Of a stretch of DNA of 64,000 nt, positions 36,480 to 48,290 are shown one piece after another. The position numbers and the translations under genes were made by a program. The DNA is from Schizochytrium sp. TIO01 (lineage: Eukaryota > Protista > Bigyra: Labyrinthulomycetes), in NCBI GenBank assembly GCA_004764695.1, contig SMSO01000035.1:2926040-2990039 (forward strand), written 5' to 3'. The notes under the pieces are model-generated. The model saw only the letters and a program-made list of their open reading frames with translations. It did not search any database and was not told where the DNA came from. Every line of letters starts with the position of its first letter. Position 1 is the first letter of the stretch.

Positions 36480-39400
36480 ATGACTGTGGCAAAAAGCATT
36501 AAGGGCATCACAGAAGATACGACAGAGATAGAGTAAGTTCACGATGGAAAGAGGAGATGACAGAAGAAGGAGGCATCGCGTCGTCGATGTGTTGTAGTAG
36601 TCAGCTTTAGTTTTATACTAGTAGTGGTACTCATGAAGAAGTTGGAAATGGCATATACTTACTCTCACTTGTTCACTAACAAATAAACAAACACAGTCTT
36701 GGTTGGAAACAGATTGGTCGTAAGGGCGCAAAGGCCGTCGCAAAGGCACTCGAGGGATGCAAGAACCTTCAAGAATTGTGGTACGTTTGTGGAATCATCA
36801 ACGAGGGAAAGCTATCGTAATAGTCAGGACCAAGCTTTTTCTTTCTTTCTTCTTAGTGCTTGGTGTTTGTAGTACTGCTGGTACACTACCTACGTAGTTC
36901 ACGTAGTTGGGTACTTTAGAAAGGCAAAGAAGTCTTTTCTTTTTTACAAAGACAAGAAGGAAATCTATATAATTTGATACGCAGCAGCAGCAGAAGAAGA
37001 AGAGCTGATTGCTTTTTATTGTGAGGAAAAAAAAAAAAAAAAAAAAAAACAGGATCAACTGACTGGAGCTGTCTTTCCTGACAACAACGAATGAACAAAA
37101 CAAACTTATTCATTTATACTCACAGTCTTTCTGGCAACAACATTGGCGATGAGGGCGCAAAGGCCGTCGCAAAGGCACTCGAGGGATGCAAGAACCTTCA
37201 AACTGTAAAGTACGTTTGTGGAGTCATCAACGAGGGAAAGCTATCGTAATAGGCAGGACCAAGCTTTTTCTTTCTTTCTTTTTAGTGCTTGGTGTTTGTA
37301 GTACTGCTGGTACACTACCTAAGTAGTTTACATAGTTGGGTACGCAAAGAAAGGCAAAGAAAGGCAAAGAAGTTTTTTCTTTTTTACAAAGAGAAGAAAG
37401 AAATCTATATAATTTGATAGGCAGCAGCAACAGCAGAAGAAGAAGTGATTGCTTTTTAATGTGAAGAAAAACAAAACAAAACAAAACAGGATCAACTGAC
37501 TGGACCTGTCTTTCCTGACAACGAATGAACAAAACAAACTTATTTATTTATACTCACAGTCTTAACAACAACAAGATTGGCTATGAGGGCGCAAAGGCCG
37601 TCGCAAAGGCACTCGAGGGATGCAAGAACCTTCAAACTGTAAAGTACGTTTGTGGAATCATCCGCGAGGGAAAGCTATCGTAATAGGCAGGACCAAGCTT
37701 TTTCTTTCTTTCTTTTTAGTGCTTGGTGTTTGTAGTAATGCTGGTACACTACCTACGTAGTTTACGTAGTTGGGTACGCAAAGAAAGGCAAAGAAGTCTT
37801 TTTTTTTTTACAAAGAGAAGAAGGAAATTTATATAATTTGATAGGCAGCAGCAGCAGAAGAAGAAGAGCTGATTGCGTTTTATTGTGAGGAAAAACAAAA
37901 CAAAACAGGATCAACTGACTGGACCTGGCTTTCCTGACAACGAATGAACAAAACAAACTTATTCATTTATACTCGCAGTCTTGGTTGGAACAACATTGGC
38001 GATGAGGGCGCAAAGGCCGTCGCAAAGGCACTCGAGGGATGCAAGAACCTTCAAACTGTAAAGTACGTTTGTGGAATCATCCGCGAGGGAAAGCTATCGT
38101 AATAGGCAGGACCAAGCTTTTTCTTTCTTTCTTTTTAGTGCTTGGTGTTTGTAGTAATGCTGGTACACTACCTACGTAGTTTACGTAGTTGGGTACGCAA
38201 AGAAAGGCAAAGAAGTCTTTTCTTTTGTACAAAGAGAAGAAGGAAACCTATATAATTTGATAGGCGGCAGCAGCAGAAGAAGAAGAGCTGATTGCTTTTT
38301 ATTGTGAGGAAAAACAAAACAAAACAGGATCAACTGACTGGACCTGTCTTTCCTGACAACGAATGAACAAAACAAACTTATTCATTTATACTCACAGTCT
38401 TCATGGGAACAACATTGACGATGAGGGCGCAAAGGTCGTCGCAAAGGCACTCGAGGGATGCAAGAACCTGACTTATCTGAAGTACGTTTGTGGAATCATC
38501 CACGAGGAAAAGCTATCGTAATAGGCAGGACCAAGCTTTTTCTTTCTTTCTTTTTAATGCTTGGTGTTTGTAGTACTGCTGGTACACTACCTAAGTAGTT
38601 TACGTAGTTGGGTACGCAAAGAAAGGCAAAGAAGTCTTTTCTTTTTTACAAAGAGAAGAAGGAAATCTATATAATTTGATAGGCAGCAGCAACAGCAGCA
38701 AAAGAAGAAGAAGAGCTGATTGCTTTTTATTGTGAGGAAAAACAAAACAAAACAGGATCAACTGACTAGACCTGTCTTTCCTGACAACGAATGAACAAAA
38801 CAAACTTATTCATTCATACTCACAGTCTTTGCAACAACAACATTGGCTCGGAGGGCGCAAAGGCCGTCGCAAAGGCACTCGAGGGATGCAAGAACCTTCA
38901 AACTTTACAGTACGTTTGTGGAATCATCCACGAGGGAAAGCGATCGTAATAGGCAGGACCAAGCTTTTTCTTTCTTTCTTTTTAGTGCTTGGTGTTTGTA
39001 GTACTGCTGGTACACTACCTAAGTAGTTTACGTAGTTGGGTACGCAAAGAAAGGCAAAGAAGTCCTTTCTTTTTTACAAAGAGAAGAAGGAAGTCTATAT
39101 AATTTGATAGGCAGCAGAAGCAGCAGAAGAAGAGGTGATTGCTTTTTATTGTGAGGAAAAACAAAACAAAACAGGATCAACTGACTGGACCTGTCTTTCC
39201 TGACAACGAATGAACAAAACAAACTTATTCATTTATACTCACAGTCTTTCTGGGAACAAGATTGGCTCGGATGGCGCAAAGGCCGTTGCAAAGGCACTCG
39301 AGGGATGCAAGAACCTTCAAACTTTAGAGTACGTTTGTGGAATCATCCACGAGGGAAAGCTATCGTAATAGGCAGGACCAAGCTTTTTCTTTCTTTCTTT

Positions 39401-42400
39401 TTAGTGCTTGGTGTTTGTAGTACTGCTGGTACACTACCTAAGTAGTGTACGTAGTTGGGTACGCAAAGAAAGGCAAAGAAGTCTTTTCTTTTGTACAAAG
39501 AGAAGAAGGAAATCTATATAATTTGATAGGCGGCAGCAGCAGAAGAAGAAGAGCTGATTGCTTTTTATTGTGAGGAAAAACAAAACAAAACAGGATCAAC
39601 TGACTGGACCTGTCTTTCCTGACAACGAATGAACAAAACAAACTTATTCATTTATACTCACAGTCTTCATGGGAACAACATTGACGATGAGGGCGCAAAG
39701 GTCGTCGCAAAGGCACTCGAGGGATGCAAGAACCTGACTTATCTGAAGTACGTTTGTGGAATCATCCACGAGGGAAAGCTATCGTAATAGTCAGGACCAA
39801 GCTTTTTCTTTCTTTCTTTTGAGTGCTTGGTGTTTGTAGTACTGCTGGTACACTACCTAAGTAGTTTACGTAGTTGGGTACGCAAAGAGAGGCAAAGGAG
39901 TCTTTTCTTTTTTACAAAGAGAAGAAGGAAATCTTTATAATTTGATAGGCAGCAGCAGCAGCAGCAGAAGAAGAAGAGCTGATTGCTTTTTATTGTGAGG
40001 AAAAACAAAACAAAACAGGATCAACTGACTGGACCTGTCTTTCCTGACAACGAATGAACAAAACAAACTTATTCATTTATACTCACAGTCTTTTTAGCAA
40101 TAACATTGGCTCGGAGGGCGCAAAGGCCGTCGCAAAGGCACTCGAGCGATGCAAGAACCTTCAACAATTGCAGTACGTTTGTGGAATCATCCACGAGGGA
40201 AAGCTATCGTAATAGTCAGGACCAAGCTTTTTCTTTCTTTCTTTTTAGTGCTTGGTGTTTATAGTACTGCTGGTACACTACCTACGTAGTTTACGTAGTT
40301 GAGTACTTTAGAAAGGCAAAGAACTATTTTCTTTTTTAGAAAGAGAAGAAGGAAGGGCAAAAAAGGGAATCTGTATAATTTGATAGGCTGCAGCAGCAGA
40401 AGAAACCGTGATTGCTTTTTACTGTGAAGAAAAAGAAAACAAAACAGGATCAACTGACTGGACCTGTCTTTCCTGACAACGAATGAACAAAACAAACTTA
40501 TTCATTTATACTCACAGTCTTCATGGGAACAACATTGGCGATGAGGGCGCAAAGGCCGTCGCAAAGGCACTCGAGGGATGCAAGAACCTGACTTATCTAA
40601 GGTACGTTTGTGGAATCATCCACGAGGGAAAGCTATCGTAACAGGCAGGACCAAGCTTTTTCTTTCTTTCTTTTTAGTGCTTGGTGTTTGTAGTACTGCT
40701 GGTACACTACTTAAGTAGTTTACGTAGTTGGGTACGCAAAGAAAGGCAAAGAAGTCTTTTCTTTTTTACAAAGAGAAGATGGAAATCTATATAATTTGAT
40801 AGGCAGCAGCAGCAGAAGAAGAAGAGGTGATTGCTTTTTATTGTGAGGAAAAACAAAACAAAACAGGATCAACTGACTGGACCTGTCTTTCCTGACAACA
40901 ACGAATGAACAAAACAAACTTATTCATTTATACTCACAGTCTTTCTAGCAACAAGATTGGCTCGGATGGCGCAAAGGCCGTTGCAAAGGCACTCGAGGGA
41001 TGCAAGAACCTTCAAACTTTAGAGTACGTTTGTGGAATCATCCACGAGGGAAAGCTATCGTAATAGGCAGGACCAAGCTTTTTCTTTCTTTCTTTTTAGT
41101 GCTTGGTGTTTGTAGTACTGCTGGTACACTACCTAAGTAGTTTACATAGTTGGGTACGCAAAGAAAGGCAAAGAAAGGCAAAGAAGTTTTTTCTTTTTTA
41201 CAAAGAGAAGAAAGAAATCTATATAATTTGATACGCAGCAGCAGCAGAAGAAGAAGAGCTGATTGCTTTTTATTGTGAGGAAATATGAAACAAAACAAGA
41301 TCAACTGACTGGACCTGTCTTTCCTGACAACCAATGAAAAACAAACTTATTCATTTATACTCACAGTCTTGAGAGCAACAACATTGGCTCAGAGGGCGCA
41401 AAGGCCGTCGCGAAGTCTCTGCACAAAGCATGTCCTTCTGTTCGAGTCCAGTAAGTTCCGTTCCCTCTGCTTCTGGTCCTAGCTTTCGCAGAGCCTTGTC
41501 ATCTATGGTTCTCTCCAAGTCTCCATGGACTTGCGAAGCGGTCTTTAGATGCGTTAATCGTGCTTCTAACAAACGCTCTTATTCTCTTTCATTCGTGTAT
41601 TCACATGCGTTACAAAACGCAGCTATGACAGCTTTCGTGGAACCCCTAAAGAATTGCTCGAAAGGGTGTGTTCTCCTGGAGAGGATATTTACTCCTCATC
41701 AGAGACCGATTTCTGTGCCTCGAAGAGCAAGCAAGATGGCATATATGGGTAAGTTCATGCGTTTTTTTTTTGTTTGGGATCGTGTGATCATTCATTCCAC
41801 AAATTGTGTTGTTGAGGTATTTTGAAGATCCTAACTTTTGCTTTTGCCTCTGCTGGTTCTCTCTGTGTCTCCATAGACTTGCGAAGCTATCTTTAGATAC
41901 GGTCATCGTTATTCTATCAATTACTGTTATTCTCTTTCGTTCGTTTTTTTATTCGTTTACAAGACGCATTCTCTATGATGCATATTTGTCTTTTAAAGAA
42001 TTGTTCGAAAGGGTGCGTTCTCCTGGAGAGAACATATCTGGGTAAGTTCATGCGTTTTTTGTTAGGGATAGTGTGATCATTCATTCCACAAATTGTGTTG
42101 TTGAGATATTTTGGAGATCCTAACTTTTGCTTCTGCCTCTGTTGCTGCTTCAAATGTCTTCACTTTGCTCGTTTGTTTACGTCTTCTTGTTCACCTCAGA
42201 GAACGGCCGGATGGAGCGAGCGTGAGTTTCGCTGATGTGGTGCAGCTTGCCAAAAAAGTCTCGGACTTGCGCGCGGACCCAGACGGGGTCAGAGAAAACT
42301 CCCTGCAGACTGGGATTGCCTTGCTTGAGGAATTCGTAGGACCGGCGATCCAGGGCTACTTTGGCCAAGTGAAGTTGCGACAGCTTTCCGCTGACATCAA

Positions 42401-44888
42401 GAACTCCAAAGAGGGTCTTGACGCACTACAAGGCCAGATTCGTGCAAGCTCTGGTGATGGCTTGCCCAGCCTCATCGAAAAGCGGAACGCCGAACGAAGT
42501 CGCCTGCATTCGCTTTTGCAGGTTGTGTACCCATGGGTTCGCGCAAAACTTTGCGAAAGTGATGAAGATATAGGGCGAGAATTCAAAGTGAGAGTCGAAA
42601 GTTTGGTAGATCATCTAAATATCAAACCTGCGCCAGTCACGGAAGAGACCAGCACAGATGACTTTAAACACTGCCAAGAACTCGTTGTTCAGGCTGTCAA
42701 ATGCGTCGAAGAGTATAAGAGGAGTGGAGAAGGACAATCCAACAACATTGGTGAACGAAGCCAACAAGCTGTAAAGCGCGTTATCTCTCGATTGTCTGAG
42801 CTGAAGCTTGGTGATGGATTATTGGTTGCCCTGAGGACACCGGAGCAGGCCATGGAGCTAAAACCGGAGTTGTCTGAACTTGAGCGTGCTCTTCAAGAAG
42901 AAATCGAAGCTCTACAAGGAGATATACTTCGTGCCCAATTGTCCGAAATACTTTGCGCAATAAGTGTAACATTTGCTCGATTTGAAGGATATTCTAAAAG
43001 TGCTGCGTTAAATGAAGCGAGCAAGTGCGCACCAGAAGAGCTCTCTGGACTGTATGACTATTTAGGACTGGGTTTGAAAGAACCTTCTGTCTCAGATGTT
43101 GAAGAATTATACCAGAAACTTGACAAGTCGAGGATAGCCACAGAAATTTTGAAGAGAGCCAAAGAAGAACTCGAAATAGAGGACATGAATGAGGAAGATC
43201 AAGCATATTTTAGAAATAGAATGAAAAACCAAGAGCTCATTCTCTCTCAAGACAACCCTATCGACCTTAGCAAAGCTTTTCGTCATAAGCTTGCTGAGAC
43301 TCTGCAACACGCGCAGGAACATTATCCAGAGTTGCTGCAAGATAGAGCCTGGCTGGAAAGGCTTCACGTAAGTGCAGAGGGTGTTTTTGAAGTAGCATGT
43401 TCTGACCTTTGGTTGACGAATGTCACAGTCGCGGACTTCAAGCCTGTTGGCGAACCCCTTGCTTCCAGAGGTGGCAAGAGAGTACAAAAGGTTCTTGACA
43501 ACGTTGGTAAAACTATTGTTTTGAAACAATTTCAACTCGGCCATTCGAGCCAACACAAAATATTTTACAGGCAAGCTGCAAATATGGGAAACGTGGTGTC
43601 TCAGCACGTGATACGTATCACTGGCGCTTTTGTGGATACTTCTAATGGAGAACCGCGTGGCTGTATCCTCATGCCTTTCTACGAGCAAGGTGACCTTGCC
43701 AAGTGGATTGAGCGTCATCCTAACGAAGGCAAAGCAGTGCGCGACCGACTTGCTATGGGCCTGCTTATCGGTGTGGCGGATTTGCATACCCATGGCATTG
43801 TGCATTGTGATATCAAACCAGAAAACATTTTTCTCACAAGCAACGGGACACCATTGATCGGCGACTTTGACGGCATCAAGGTTGCAGACTACACTGCAAC
43901 TTACACATCACTCCAGGCAACGCCACGGTACGTTGCCCCCGAGTTGCAGAATGGGCCTGTAGATAGGTTTGAAACAGCGATGGACATGTACTCTGTGGGC
44001 ATAAGCTTAAAGGAGCTGTATCCTACTGAGCGAACCGCTGCAATGCAGGCACTTATCGATGCTCTTACAGCAACAGACCCTGGCCAGCGTCCAACTGCTC
44101 ACCAAGCACTCCAACATGAAGCTTTTGGAGCTCCTAAGATCCCTGTCAAGATATGTCTAGTATGCATGGAGGAGCATCTGCTTTCCGAGGGCACAAGCTG
44201 CGAGGAGGGAGACTTCCTTTGCAGAGACTGTATCAAATCTGCAGTAGAAGCGGCGTCACAGCCACTTGCTAACGTAAGAGTGGATGCTGATGGAACGATG
44301 GCATGCATGAAACCCGAATGTGGGGGAAGAATATCAGGTCAAGAAATCACTCGTCTTGCACCAACAGCTTTGAATCATCTTTTGTTGATTGCGAAGATGA
44401 AGGCAGAAAATGAAGCAGCAGTTTGGGCGGAGAAGGAGATCCAAAGGCGCATAGCAGAAGTTTTGCGTGCAGATGAACAGAATCGCGACGCACAACGGCA
44501 TTTACTTCATATTCAAGAGAAGATCTTGAGCACGAGTTGTCCGAACTGTAAGGCATATGTACACGATTTTGCCGGTTGCTGCGCTGTAAAGTGTGGTAAT
44601 GATACTTGTGGTCATCACTTCTGCGCTTGGTGTCTTGAGTTTAGTTCTCAGAATTCACGAGCTTGTCATGCTCATGTGAGAACCTGCTTGAAAAAGCTTG
44701 GGCAAGATCCATTTTTTCCTGATTCATTTGAGCAGGTTCGTGAGGCGTGGCAGTTGCTCCGCGCAGAACGTCTGCGTGAGTACTGGAATGCACAAATTCA
44801 GGATAGAAATCTTCGACTCGTTCTGAGAGAGTTTTTGTCACCTTTGCTAACACCAGATATCGTTGGCGCAAACTTTAGATTGGAATAA
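36480..44888 (+). CDS. LRR - helical linker - Ser/Thr protein kinase - RING/RBR-like protein, copy B2 (12 LRR exons, ~1290-1350 aa spliced)
   Basis: Exon 1 is 36480-36532 (MTVAKSIKGITEDTTEI). 84-nt exons lie at 36697-36780, 37126-37209, 37560-37643, 37979-38062, 38398-38481, 38826-38909, 39245-39328, 39664-39747, 40089-40172, 40518-40601, 40940-41023 and 41367-41450. Linker exons are 41623-41748 and possibly 41877-42041, and the terminal exon is 42200-44888. Confidence 0.85.
36697..41450 (+). repeat. Tandem array of 419-434 bp units (84-nt LRR exon + intron), 12 exons
   Basis: Same repeat unit as 8681-11306. Confidence 0.95.
42200..44888 (+). CDS. Terminal exon of B2: kinase + RING + RING2/IBR-like
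   Basis: Lies within ORF 42111-44888 and has the same motifs as B1, with about 32 amino-acid differences from B1 by eye. Confidence 0.9.
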
Positions 44889-47800
44889 ACTAATCGAATT
44901 TTAAATGATTATCTTTTCGTTAGCGCCGTTGACTAGAATGCAAAAAAGCAACTGCTCTCTTCCAGATAGTACCGACGTCTGCCAACAGGATCAAAATTTA
45001 TAATGTTTTTTTTTGGCAAGGTTCTTGGTGAGGGGACGTACTAAAACTTAACATAAACTAAACATAATTTAGAACAGTGTAATGATTCATTAACATTTCA
45101 CTGATGATATATATGCTTTCTTAACTTTATTTTTCCAGTTTGAGGAGCATATTTACTTTATTATTAGATACGAATCCTTTCTTAGTTTTACTTTCTTGGT
45201 TCCTTCGATAATTCATTCAGCAACACCTCAAGGTATCAGAAGCTCTATGTTTAAGCCAAATCGTTGCAAAATAAACTCAAAAATACTTTTTTGATTTATC
45301 TCTCTTTGGCAGTTCTCAATAGTTCTCATTTCGGAAAGCAACTTTTTATTTATTTATTCATCAAAGCCAAAATGCAGTTCTTCTAACTGCACTGAAACCC
45401 TTAATGTGACAATTTCCTCTCAGTTTTCAATTTAAATTCTGCACACCAATCGCTACTCCACCCTAGCATCAGAGGGCCTGTAATACGCAACTTTTTATTG
45501 TACAGTCCTATCAAACATAGAATACCATGATATTACGGTTACGAGGTGCTGGGCGTTTCCAATTTACATAAGAACTCCATCAAAGGCAGGAGCAAGAGTA
45601 GTATTACAGACACAGCCCTTTCTCCGTACATGTGATGAGCTGGGTAATAGGAGATTAGCTCTGTCTTGGTCACTATTTACTATTACACAATAAATTAATC
45701 GTAAAGATCAGACTCTGAACACAAGCCTTGGCACTCCAGACAACTTTTGAAAGCTAGAATGAAACCATTAGTTATTTAATCCTCGAAACTCTTTGATCTT
45801 GATATGCCATGTATCCAGATTTACTATTCGAAGCATGGACTCTTCTCAAGAAAACCATTTAATTTCCACATCTTAAACTCTTAGAACAAAGTTGACGCAA
45901 CGAACCTTCAAAGACAAAACATTGCGTTTCTGGTCGGCTCTTTAAGTTGTTCTTCAAAGATTTTATAGAAGAGAGCATTGCAATAACACGCAGAGTGATA
46001 AAGGAATAAGTTTACTCCATCAATCTGAGATTGCGAGACAATGACAGAATTGTGGATACCAGAGAAGCTACAAAGTAAATGCACAATCGCTATAGGAGGA
46101 GGCTATTAAAAGATTATCTCTAAGCAGCCAGAGGTTGTATGGGAAGATGGAGGCATTTTTCAATGCTTCGGCGTACGCAGTTAGCGATTGCAAACCTTGG
46201 AGATGAACATTCAGCACCAAAACTTCAAGAGTTTTGTGCATTCAAGGATTTACTGTCCTAGTAAATGATCAGCTACTGCTGCGTAGAGATATTGAACAGG
46301 TGGAACAGTTCATACCCTGAGTATGAGACTAAGACCGTTAAAACTCAGAGCTCAAGGGGTTAGGCTAGCTCGTTTGTTTAGAACAATTCTTTGGTTGTGT
46401 ATTTCATATTCACTCATGTATTTCCTTGGTCTCACTCCTTCGTATTTGATATTCATATTCTTACAAGTCCTAGACTACGAGGACTTATAATAGTGTGACA
46501 ATGACTCTTCTCCACAGAGCTCTGATTGGTAATCTCAGCACAGATGATATAAATTTTGCTGCGCCCCATGAACTGCATATTTTAATCTGGCTACTTGACT
46601 TAATAGAATCCCACATGATAAGCTTTATCAGTATTCCAACTACAATGATGAATTTGAACATTACTCCTCTACAATATGCTTCATCTGTTGAAAGAAACTA
46701 TTGGCTTTACATACTTATGCCTTATCGAAGTTTTACACCTATGTGTCGGACGGATCATCTCAAGGTGCCGAACACCGAACACAAGACCAAAGCCCATAGA
46801 CTTTGACAATGGGCCTTGTCAGCAGTTCCTGAATATTAATTCTAACTTTTCTTTTCCTTCATTTCTCTACCTACACTATCTCTTGGTGATCGCCTCACGC
46901 TAATTTGCAATATACCTCTAAGAGGGAAACACACATATTTAAGCAACATGTGCTGAGAGTGTCAACGAAAGTGTTAAGCGGTTTACTTCTCCCACGAGAT
47001 CTCTGTGATGGTGTCACACTGAAGATTGTTTTGTTCTACAAACACACATTAAGGATTCTGTTCGAGTCAGTTTCAAAGCAGTTGAGACACATGTGAGTAC
47101 ACAGCCAAACAGAATGCGCACAACCGTGCTTGGCTAGTCTCTTCATTTGCTTTTATACGCACTTCTCGTTATAGTAAACTTTGTAACACAAGATATTATT
47201 TACTCATTAGGAATAGTAGCGCCCAGTAACTTTCTGTCTTGTCTCCAGCTTGGGGAATTATCTCGTTAATGTTTCCCAGGAAATACACAAATGCAAGATT
47301 AATCCTGAACGTAGAACACCTTGCATCTGTGAAAGGAAGAATCTTCAGAAGGAGAGAGTCGAACTATATCGGTGAGATTCGGACACGCAAAGGAACATAT
47401 TGAAGTGAACAAGTGTGACCTTTCCTTCTACCACAGAACGACAAACCATGCAAGAAACAACAAGTACACCAGTTTCAATTTTTTTGTTTTTTTATTTTTT
47501 TTCTGACCTGCATTAACTCAATAATGCGGAACACCACAACTAAAGAACATTGTAAAGATTCATTTTTTTTCTAAATGTATTTATTTAAAACTGTGCAAAC
47601 TAGACTAAATCAACTACTTATAACCATTAACCTATGCAAGACAGCTTTAGAATTCTCAATCATGGCGGATAATTTCGTGCTAGGGAAAGAAATATGAAGC
47701 ATTTCTTGACTATGCACACGATTTGTAATATGCACAGAATAAATAATCGATTGCTCGAAATGCGTGTGTTTCAACTCAACCAGGAGGGTAGAGGACCTAC

Positions 47801-48171
47801 AGCTTTACGAATCTCGTCGAATTGCCTTGCCATTTTGAGGCTTGCTTTGTGCCCTTCCCTCCCTGACATAGACGCATCACTATGTTGACTGACGCTTCAA
47901 CATGATCTGGTCATGAAGGTGTTCCTTTGAGCCTTGCGAAGTCATGGCGTCAGTTTTCCTTCTCACAAACTTTACTGTTGCTCGGCATCAGCTTGTACTT
48001 CAGCAAAGGCAAATAAAGCACTCTGTAACAGAAAGCCTGCAAGGAGGCTTTTGTCTTCATGGCAGGCCAGAGAGACTCGAAGGAAAGCTACTTTCTGCGT
48101 TGTTACTTTTTATATAAAAAGAATGAAATAGAGCTCTGGAGTATAAATGCTAGAGGTCGACTTACTAGTTC

Positions 48172-48290
48172 ACATTCGATCATACCACGCGGGTAACACC
48201 TCATCTCATTCGCACTGAGAAGTAAAGTCGCGTAGGGCCGGGTCAGTAGTATGATAGGGGACTGCATGCGAAGCCCCGGTGTTGAATGTT
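48172..48290 (+). rRNA. 5S rRNA
   Basis: Same sequence as the other 5S copies; flanks are homologous to those of the 16193 copy. Confidence 0.93.
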
